Below are positions 54,455 through 64,000 of a stretch of 64,000 nucleotides of DNA, piece after piece (the stretch's first letter is position 1; every line of letters begins with the position of its first letter). The DNA comes from Octopus vulgaris. Lineage: Eukaryota. Below the pieces are notes generated by a model that saw only the letters and a list, made by a program, of their open reading frames with translations, was not told the DNA's origin and did no database searches. The position numbers and the translations under genes were made by a program. The stretch covers positions 52,762,001-52,826,000 of the forward strand of contig OX597831.1 of NCBI GenBank assembly GCA_951406725.2. The letters are read 5' to 3'.

Positions 54455-54712
54455 ATGTGTGCATGTGTGCATGCATGCATGCATGTCCTACACCTGAGTG
54501 AGCTTCCAAATTTGAAGCTCCTCATGACATTCTAAAGATGGTAACTTTTATTACATAAGGTAAGTGTAAATTATATAAGGTATATATTATATATATAGAG
54601 CGAGAGAGAGAGCATCAAAGAGTCCATAAGTCAGAAAAAATATGCTCTCATATATTTGACAATAGAGTGTATATATTAATTGAATTGTACAGTATTATAT
54701 CAATTACAACAG

Positions 54713-54795
54713 ATCTTACCGCTCAGTTTCATACTAGGGCTTCAATGGAGTATTAGACAACAGCCCAGTTATATAACCCTGTACTCTTCAGAGAT
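54713..54795 (-). ncRNA. Type I hammerhead-like motif
   Basis: Reverse complement: ATCT, CTGAAGA, GTACAGGG...CCCTAGTAT, GAAA, CTGAGCGG, TA, AGAT. Confidence 0.6.
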
Positions 54796-54958
54796 GGCAG
54801 TTATATATATATATAATAGTTCTATATAAACTATTTTTATATAACTAGTAAACACATGAAGTTATTTAGTCTGCAAGTTCACTATTTTCACCAAGGTAGA
54901 TATTACATTATGTTCAGTAGGAAATATATTTTGATTGGATAAAAAAGTAAATACTTAC

Positions 54959-55043
54959 TTGCATTTTTTTCTGGAATAAACCATTATTGCAATGAAAAGA
55001 AGCAGAATTAAAACTGCAGCAGCAATTGGTGCAAGTACATGAT
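54959..55043 (-). CDS. Membrane-protein gene, transmembrane exon ((D)HVLAPIAAAVLILLLFIAIMVYSRKKC)
   Basis: Acceptor atattgcag and donor gtaagt. About 20 hydrophobic residues followed by an RKK stop-transfer signal. Phase 1/2. Confidence 0.75.
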
Positions 55044-55983
55044 CTGCAATATTGTAACAAACGCAGTGATAATAACAAGTATTCATCTCTAACATATATG
55101 TAGAAAGTAATAGTCTTTGATTGGGGTTGATGTAATCAACTTGTCCACTACCCTGAAATTGCTGGCCTTGTGAAAAAATTTGAAACCATATTTATGGTTT
55201 CTTGTCGAGTCTTTGTTGTTCTCAGTTCAAATCCCATTACAACTGAACACACTAGATGCTTTGAAAGACACAGGTGGTCAAGGTCCAAGGGGGTGAGGTT
55301 AAAATATCATCTAAAAGGCGAAAGACTTCAGTCTCATCATTGCTAAATACAGTGTCCTTAGGTCAAACACTCACTGGATAAATCCATCTGGTTGTAAATA
55401 AGTACGATACATGTGTATATAAACTCAGTACTGAAAGTAGTGGAAGTATTACATATAATTCTTTCTAACCCTGCAACAAAGCCAGCAGTTTTGAGGGAGG
55501 GGAAAATGGATTTCGTCAACCCCAATGCTGAACTGGTACTTATTTTATCAACCCTGAAGTAATGAAAGGCAAAATCCACTTCAGCAGAATTTTATTGTCA
55601 TATTGCATATGTGAGACCCTACCATATTTGTATTTTAATTTACAGAATACACTGCTGAAATATTTTTCCATAGCTATATTGATGATTCAATAATCAGAAC
55701 ACAACATTTTCTCTGTTTCAATATATATAAGTGATCACTCTTTGTATTCAAATCAAGACTAAGATACGTCTGTTCTTTTCACCATTTAGCTCTAACGATC
55801 AAGTTCACTCAAAATTGTCTCCTCCAGTTTCCATTAATTAATCTGATGTGAGTTATCTCCCTTATCTGATATTTTTTTCTTCTTTTGTTTTTTACAAAGT
55901 CATAGAGTAATGGCTCGTAGCTAGAATGCAGGCCGCCTGGAGCAACCCTTAAGTTTGCTGCCCCTTATACAGGCTTATGTGGG

Positions 55984-56475
55984 ATGCTGCAGAAACAATA
56001 CTGCTCTGTTTTCAATAACCCCAATGCAGTTGATCTGGCTAGCATCAGTGATATAAACCCTCAACTAACTATATTTGACATAACTTTTGGTGCTCCTGAT
56101 ATCCTAACAGAAATAAATAAGATCAAGCACAACTCGGCAGTAGGTCCCGATAGGTTCCTGGCCACTGTCCTGAAGATGTGTCGACATCAAATTGCACCCC
56201 CTCTAGTTGAGCTCTGGAGGAATTCACTTGACGTAGGCTATATTCCTGATCCTTTTCTTTCCTAGTCTGTCGTTCCGGTTTTCAAAAGGAGAAACAAATC
56301 TCTTGCGTGAACTACCATCCAATTTCACTCACCTCTCAAATCATTAAAGTATTTGAGAGGGTGGTGAGGTCGTGAATAACCCACTTCCTCAAAGACAACA
56401 ATCTGCTGAACCCCAACCAGCATGGTCTCTCTCTGATGGCAGGGACTGTCTGTCACAGCTTCTGCACCATTTTTA
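55984..56475 (+). mobile_element. CR1/L2-type LINE RT fragment
   Basis: SAVGPD...LK....IAPPL..L...SL..G.IP, VVPVFK, NYHPISLTS..IKVFER and NQHG. Confidence 0.8.
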
Positions 56476-57621
56476 AAGCCTAGCACTTATTCAATTAGTT
56501 TTTTTTTTTACTGAACAGCTAAGTTACAGGGATGTAAACACACCAATACTGACTGTCAAGGGGTGATGGGTGACAAACTTAGACACAAAGACACACTCAT
56601 AGGTACATACACACACGCACACACATGTGTGTGTATCTGACAAGCAGTTTCCATCTACCAAATCCACTCACAAGGTTTTGGTCAATCCAAGGCTATAGTA
56701 GATGATACTTGCCCAACGTGTCATGCAGTGGAACTGAACCCAAAACCATGTGGCTGGAAAAATTTTAATCAACTGATATTATTTTGCTCCTTTGGTCTTT
56801 AGATATGAAATAATCCCAGAGTGAGTTTTAAATACTACTTGTAGGGATAATCTCAACTGATCAAAGTTTTTTTCAACTCATTGTATTATCAATACTTGAG
56901 GATATTATCTTTATCTGGCTGTGTGAATTATATTGATAACTTTTAACCCTTTTTGTTACCACATCTCTGTTGAAATACTCAGCTTTTCTTTATTAATTTG
57001 TTTATTGTTTAATACAATAACTGCCATTATTAAACTGTTGTTTAGAACATAATTTAATATGAAATTTTAATGGAAGGTTTTAATTAGGGTAATTTTTAAA
57101 GATGATGTTTACGTCATAGAAACAAGGATGATTTGGGGCAGGTTGGTATCAAATATTATATTAATAATATTAATATTATTTAATTTCTTGATAATATTAA
57201 TATTCAGCCATTGCCAGTGCCACTGGACTGGCTCGTGTGCAGGTGGCACATGAAAAACACCATTTGAGTGTGGCTGATGCCAGTACCACCTGACTGGCCC
57301 TCGTGCCAGTGGCACGTAAACGCACCCACTACACTCTCAGAGTGGTTGGCGTTAGGAAGGGCATCCCGCTGTAGAAACTCTGCCAGATCAGATTGGCGCC
57401 TGGTGCAGCCATCTGGTTCGCCAGTCCTCAGTCAAATCATCCAACTCGTGCTAGCATGGAAAATGGACGTTAAATGATGATGATGATGACAAACCATGCC
57501 GAAGCAACCAATGGAGTCTGATGCAGCTCTCTGGTTTGCCAGCTCCTATCAAACCATTCAACCTATGCCAGCCTACAAGATGCTCTTCGGAGAAAGAGGA
57601 GGATAAAAACAAAATAATTAC

Positions 57622-57702
57622 CAAGTAACTTATTCCCTTCTGTGAGATCATCAACAGCTCTGTTGATACATGATTCTCCTGAAGAACCATCATTGCAGTT
57701 AC
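57622..57702 (-). CDS. Membrane-protein gene, juxtamembrane exon (NCNDGSSGESCINRAVDDLTEGNKLL)
   Basis: Acceptor ttctccttctcag and donor gtaatt. 81 nt, phase 1/1. C..G..G..C resembles an EGF-like C-terminal loop. Confidence 0.65.
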
Positions 57703-58149
57703 CTGAGAAGGAGAAACAGAGAAATTACCAAAAACAAAAAAATGTCAGTCTTGAATACTAATGAGATGAAACAAAGAGATGCTACTTCAATAACAAAGTA
57801 TAAAATGTTAACAGTTGCAAATGAAATCCCAGATTAGTTTGTTAAGTCATTGGTACAACACCAAAGACTTTCATCTTTATATAGTGATACAAGAGAAGAC
57901 ACATTGATATCTTGTTTTACCTTTTATTTAATTTTCTTCTGCAGATCCCTAAAAGTATTTAAATTCAGCACTACAGCAAACAAAATAGTTGTTAATTACA
58001 AATTGCTTCCACTAAACAAAGCAATGTATGTATGTATGTATGTATGTATGTATGTATGTATGTATGTATGTATGTATGTATGTGTGTGTGTGTGCATGCA
58101 TGCATGTAGGGACAAGCCCATTGTAGTTTGGGCTTCTACCACTAGAAGC

Positions 58150-58954
58150 CATTTGATGCAACCCTTAGACATCAGGCTGCTGACCAGTGTTGTCAGCTGA
58201 GGTCGTTCGGCCTCATGGTGCATCTTTGTTTTGCAATGCTTCTTCCCTGTTTGTTAATTTTTCTAATGACAGAAACAAAAGAACAGCATGCTCCCATGAA
58301 ATTCTGTTTTCTGCCAGAGAAAAGGGCAGCCAAAACAGTTGTCATGCTTGAAACAGCTAACAAGGATGCTACCATGAGCAAAACACAAGTTTATGAGTGG
58401 TTTTCACACTTTAGGAATGGTTATTTGTCGCTTGAACACCAACCTCGTTCAGGGCAACCATCAACCTCCTGAACAAATGAAAACATCATGAAAACTCATG
58501 AACTGATCTTGGAGGACTGTCACTGAACAACTGACGAATTTGTTGACATGATTAGTGTGTCCTGGAGTTCCTGCCAACGAATTTTGAGTGAGGAATTGCA
58601 AATGAAACAAAATTTGTGTCTCACTTGCTCATGGAAGGTCAAAAGCAGTCACAACTAATGCATGTTTTGAACTGAGAGAACAGTTGGAAGTTGATCCAGA
58701 TCCTTTTCTGAAGGGTGTCACTAGTGATGAAAGCTGGTGCTATGAAATTTACAGATGTGGAAGAGGTGAAGAAAAAACGACGGAGGTGTTAAAAGGCATC
58801 ACTTCACAAGTGTTCCAACACTGCTTAGGACAGTGGAAAATGCATCTGGACCGATGCATTGCTTCAAATGGAGAATACTTTGAAGGCAATAAAAGTGTAA
58901 ATATGTAAAACTAAGTGAATGTAAAATTCCAGTTTCTTTGGGGTATCCCCTTGT
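58150..58954 (+). mobile_element. Decayed mariner transposon with internal deletion
   Basis: MKFCF...MSKTQVYEWF..F.......PRSG.PST, VTSDESWCY and W...LDRCIASNGEYFEG. Right TIR ...CCCCTTG|TA. Confidence 0.85.
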
Positions 58955-58957
58955 ATG

Positions 58958-59013
<56 letters not shown>

Positions 59014-59080
59014 CTATGTAACAAGACCTGTGCTCTTCTTGGCCAATACTTTTCTTTCCCTCTGGACCTTTTTCTCATTC

Positions 59081-59120
59081 ATCTTTCTGATAAAGAGCTA
59101 AGCTCGAAATGTCACACCCA
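59081..59120 (+). ncRNA. Degenerate minimal hammerhead remnant (Penelope-type terminus)
   Basis: CTGATAA A GAGC TAA GCTC GAAA TG TC. G8 is changed to A and stem I is lost. Confidence 0.4.
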
Positions 59121-59259
59121 CTCTTTTTTTCCATTTCAAACTTTCTATGAGCATCAATCTAATACATTCACTGTGTACATCCTCTTGATTTTTGTTGTTT
59201 TTCCTGTTTTTATTTTTGTTTTGCCTATACATACATACATACATACATACATACATACA

Positions 59260-59293
<34 letters not shown>

Positions 59294-59957
59294 CATACAT
59301 ACATACATACATACATATGATATGATATATATGGAACAATTACATCTTATAGAGTAATTTTAGATACAGTATACATGAAAAACGACAGGATGGTCACTAC
59401 TGGATTACCAATGATCATAGGTCTATTTTTCTAGGACAGCAAAACAACATCAACAGAATTCTTCGAAACTAGTTTGATCGTCATATTTAATCTGCACTAC
59501 CAAAATATATGAGCTTTCATAGGTTTGAGCGAAACTCTGTCCCAAATAATTTACTTCATTTTCGCCAAATAAATGGGACAAATTAAAAATTTTCCACCTC
59601 CTTTCAGTTAACTACTTATTTAACAAAAGCCAATGAAGAAGCTGTTATGATGTTTTAGAACTAGCAGCCAAATCTCCTTGAATCAACATACCATTACTAT
59701 ATTAGTGCTTTCTTAAACTAGCATCTCCCTGAGTAACAAATGCAAATACAATCACACTCACTCGATTATATAATCCTATTATTGTCATAGAAGATAAGCT
59801 TGTAATTTCCATCAACACCTCTACAACAATCACAGCATACAGAGATGACTTATTAAAGAAAGTAAAATGCTTCGTTAACACAATAAACACCCAAACAAAC
59901 AGCTACATTAGTGAACAACCAATATATTAGAGCCATGTCATCATAGATCCAATTTAC

Positions 59958-60037
59958 AACCAGCATCTACAGTCTCCCCACAACTATTTGCATCCTTATA
60001 GGCTGCACAGATGTCACAACCAGAGATCGTCTGTTTG
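59958..60037 (-). CDS. Candidate Cys-rich exon (KQTISGCDICAAYKDANSCGETVDAG(C))
   Basis: Acceptor tctgtttcag and donor gtaaat. Phase 2/1. Splicing to 57702 would create C-N-C..G..G..C. Confidence 0.45.
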
Positions 60038-60369
60038 CTGAAACAGAAATATTCAAAAGGAGCAACTATTCTAACTTGTTTTTGCAGCAAGCACCAGCAC
60101 CCACAGTGTCTGTCAATATAGGTTGTCAGTTACCTTCAGACACACACATAGGTGCTAGAACACTTTGTTCTCAGTTATTTCGTCGTTGGTTAATTTGTCC
60201 CCGGTCAATTCGTCATTGATCAATTCTTCCCCAGGTCAATTCATCGCTGGCTAATTCGTCCCAGAATACTTGTAGATGTGATTTTCGAGGGAAAGTTTAG
60301 AACAATCACTTTGGAATAAAAATTGTTGTTGAACAGTTTTAGATAAATTTTTCCTTTCTTTAACCCCAC

Positions 60370-60430
<61 letters not shown>

Positions 60431-60924
60431 ATCTGCGCTGAACAGTTTACAAGCGAAGATTTTCAAGCAAATCAAGTTAAATTTATTCAATACGCCCACC
60501 TATCAACATGACCACTTGTAAGGTCATAACTCTAGAGAAAAGAAAAATCAAAGTGGTAGATCAAGATGTCAAACCATCCAACCCATACAAACATGGAAAA
60601 TTGACGTTAAGTGATGATGATGATGATGATTATGAACAAACAAAAAAGCATTGTTTATCCTCTTCTTTTCGTCTTTTTTCATTATTGTTTTGCATCATAA
60701 ATTGTACAATTATTATACTTTCTCTTACTTGTTTAATGTCATCAGACCGCAGCCATACTGGGGCACTGCCTTGAAGAATTTTTAGTCAAATGAGTCAACC
60801 TCAGGACTTTTCATTTATAACTTATTGCACCTGAGCACTATATACAATAAGCTCGTTACTATTATAAGTATCTTCAAATGCCAGTTAATAGCAATAACAT
60901 ATCTAGAAAAAGATATTTATTTAC

Positions 60925-61005
60925 CTACAAATCCAACACTTGAGGAAGCCAACAGGTTTGTATTGCTTGAAGTAGATGAATCTGAGTTAGAGCCATTACA
61001 GGTTT
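60925..61005 (-). CDS. Candidate Ser/Thr-rich exon (TCNGSNSDSSTSSNTNLLASSSVGFV)
   Basis: Acceptor tttcttacag and donor gtaaat. 81 nt, phase 1/1. Compatible with 57702 but not directly with 60037. Confidence 0.45.
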   Translation of the reverse strand, partial: KPVMALTQIHLLQAIQTCWLPQVLDL

Positions 61006-61073
61006 CTGTAAGAAATATTTTTAAGATGTTATACAAGACCTAAAGTTGTCCTTTTGATGACAATAGCAAATGC

Positions 61074-62935
61074 TTATAAAGATAGCTGCTTGGTTTGAAG
61101 GAAAATGCAGTAGCCATGGCCTTTGCAAGTTCTCTGAGACCAGTGAGAGAGATGTTATTAATGTTCTGATTAAACTATTGCAAGGCAACACCTGTGATTA
61201 AAAACATGAGCAGGAAGTGAATGACAAAGGATTTATGTTTTGGGGAGGAAGGATTGAATATAATTTTTAGTGTAAAGCCTAAATCAAGTGAGGTTAACAC
61301 AACATGGGTGATGAGAGGAAAGACAAGTGAGATGGAAGTACTTGAGTGGTGGTGGTTTGAGACCAGACAGCTCAGCAAAGAGGCCATTATTGTAACAGTA
61401 AAAAGAAAGAAAAGACAGTATGTCTTTGAAACAGAGGGTAGCTTTTCTATAGATGTGGTGAGATGATGAAAAGTGAAGTATAGTAGTAGGTAATAGTGAA
61501 TGACTATGAAGTTACATCCATCCGTTTTCTCTGTCCACTATTCCTAGGAGGGTCATGGAGGTAAAGTTCTTTGGCACCTCCTCCATAAGATCCTATCAGA
61601 ACCAATCATCATTACACTTTCCTGCTAAATCCCCAAACATACCCAACTAAGACTATGAATACTATCCAACAATCACCTTCTTGGTCTGCCGCTAGGTGTC
61701 CAGTCCACGGGCTCAGCTTGAATAATCCATCTTACAATCCTTTACTGTGACATTCTAATCACACTTTGAAGTTAGAGAGATGATTATAAAGTTGTGAAAT
61801 CATGAAAGGGATTTCAAAATCATCTCAGTAACAATTAAGTTATGAGAGAATTGTATTAAATATGGAATTACAGTATCAAATGGAATGAAAAGATAATGAT
61901 GATGGAGGTATATTTATGACATGGGAGGCATGGAAAGGAAGAAGGACAATGACTTTGAGAGCATGATGTTGATAATGAAGAAGATTATGTTGATTACAGA
62001 TTGATAGTAGAGACATATTGATCACAGTGGAGTATGATGATAGCACTAAATACATGAGGATGAAAATGAGGGCATAGTACTGATAGTGAGTATACACTGA
62101 TGACAGCAGAGTCATTTTATCTTACATTTAACATCCGTTTTCCATACTGGCATGGATTGGACAGCTTGACAGGAATTGTCAAGGCCAGGGGCTACACCAG
62201 GTTTCATAGTCTGTTTTGGTTTGGTTTCTAAGGTTGGGTACCTTTCCTAATGCAAACCATTCCACAGAGTGTACTGGGGGCCTTTTATGTGGCACCAGCA
62301 TCAGTGCTTTTTACATAGCATCAGCACCCACACCAATGCTTTTTACATGACACCTTGGTTTTAGGACCTCAGTTCTGTTGTGGTGAGCAGGTCTTCTGAA
62401 GTACAGTAAAGTGCCATATATCTTAGTACTCTGTCATCTCCTTCATAAGGTTCAGCATTTTGAAATCAACCTTCAATATTTCATGGATGTCTTCCTGGGT
62501 CTTCCTCTTCCACAACTTCACTCCACTTTAAGTGATCAGCACTTCTTTATGCAACAGTCCTCAGCCATCGACATCACATGACCAAACCAGCATAGTTTCC
62601 ACTCTTGCACACCGCATATAATTCCTCTTATACTCATGGAGTCTTATGCTCATGTAGGTATGGAGTTGATAATAGGGATATATATATATGTTACATGAAA
62701 TTTGAAGACAACAGTTGACTATGTTAAGACATTGATGACACTGGAAATGTTTATAAAGATAGCTGCTTGGTTTGAAGGAAAATGCAGTAGCCATGGCCTT
62801 TGCAAGTTCTCTGAGACCAGTGAGAGAGATGTTATTAATGTTCTGATTAAACTATTGCAAGGCAACACCTGTGATTAAAAACATGAGCAGGAAGTGCATG
62901 TGCATATGTGCATGTGTGTGTGTGCGTTTGTGCAT

Positions 62936-62990
<55 letters not shown>

Positions 62991-63674
62991 TATGTGTGTG
63001 TGTGGGGGGGGTGATGCAAACAGGAAAAATTTAACTCAAAACATGAGTTAATATATACTTTATATTGTAACAGTAAAAAGAAAGAAAAGACAGTATGTCT
63101 TTGAAACAGAGGGTAGCTTTTCTATAGATGTGGTGAGATGATGAAAAGTGAAGTATAGTAGTAGGTAATAGTGAATGACTATGAAGTTACATCCATCCGT
63201 TTTCTCTGTCCACTATTCCTAGGAGGGTCATGGAGGTAAAGTTCTTTGGCACCTCCTCCATAAGATCCTATCAGAACCAATCATCATTACAATTCAGCAA
63301 AAAGGGGTCAATCAAATAAGTCCCAGACTGAAAAATAAGTACTGCAGTCAATTTGTTCAACTAAACCCTCTAAGGCTGTGCCGCTAGGTGTCCAGTCCAC
63401 GGGCTCAGCTTGAATAATCCATCTTACAATCCTTTACTGTGACATTCTAATCACACTTTGAAGTTAGAGAGATGATTATAAAGTTGTGAATTCTGCTGTA
63501 CATGCACACTAAATTTTAACATTCTAGCTCACTTCTGCTATTTACTGCAGTGCTTGGAAGGAACATGTGTAGCATGTGATCATTGCATTGACCATAACAG
63601 AGATAATGATGATGGAGGTATATTTATGACATGGGAGGCATGGAAAGGAAGAAGGACAATGACTTTGAGAGCAT
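61074..63674 (+). repeat. Four identical direct-repeat blocks at about 1.7-kb offset
   Basis: 61074-61219=62751-62896; 61388-61616=63063-63291; 61687-61798=63379-63490; 61891-61964=63601-63674. Confidence 0.9.
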
Positions 63675-64000
63675 CCAAGATGGCTGAAAATGTTGATCTT
63701 GACAAATGTTCTGGGGGACCTGCAACCAACATAACTGAGAAAAACATTGCAGATGTGCAGCTGTGAGAAGAAATGGTCGAATCACCATCCATGAGTTATC
63801 CATGAGTGCAGATTAGTTGTGGCTCAGTTCAGTCCATTATCACTGAAGATTTAGATATGAGACATGTGTCTGCCAAGTTTGTGTCGAAACTGCTTTCTGC
63901 TGACCTAAAAGACACTCTCGTTTCAGTTGCACAAGATGTCTTTTGTGTTGAGGACAATGAAAACTTTTTGAAAACTTTACATAGGCCTCTGAGCAGGTAT
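63675..64000 (+). mobile_element. Decayed mariner transposase fragment
   Basis: SGGPAT..TEKNI, RITIHELS and IITEDLDMRHVSAKFVSKLLS. Confidence 0.75.

Noticed and set aside
62695-62740. Cys-containing candidate exon (CHQCLNIVNCCLQIS) on the minus strand
   Set aside because: Joining it to the 61005 acceptor creates a stop, and its acceptor abuts the suspect duplicated block.

Overview
AT-rich, microsatellite-saturated eukaryotic DNA. The SINE/LINE repertoire suggests a coleoid cephalopod, probably Octopus (inference). Almost all ORFs in the supplied track are simple-repeat artefacts. Reading splice sites by hand gives three intron-containing genes. (1) A minus-strand CCDC177/CCDC185-like gene, with coding exons 21240-21359, 20222-20336, 4090-4230 and 441-543, continuing off the left edge. 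(2) A complete plus-strand 5-exon, 289-aa CRAL-TRIO gene most like RLBP1/CRALBP (42546-50946). (3) The 3' part of a minus-strand gene for a single-pass membrane protein with a Cys-rich ectodomain (54158 to about 61005). The rest is tRNA-derived SINEs, remnants of RTE, CR1, R4, Tx1 and Penelope retroelements, non-autonomous Helitrons, and mariner, hAT and piggyBac-type MITEs and minisatellites. The most unusual signal is a set of type I minimal hammerhead-ribozyme-like folds at seven loci. Three loci are inverted (palindromic) pairs. One has a G3:C8-swapped catalytic core (GUGAACA) and another has a CCGACGA core. All family assignments come from recalled motifs, not database searches.
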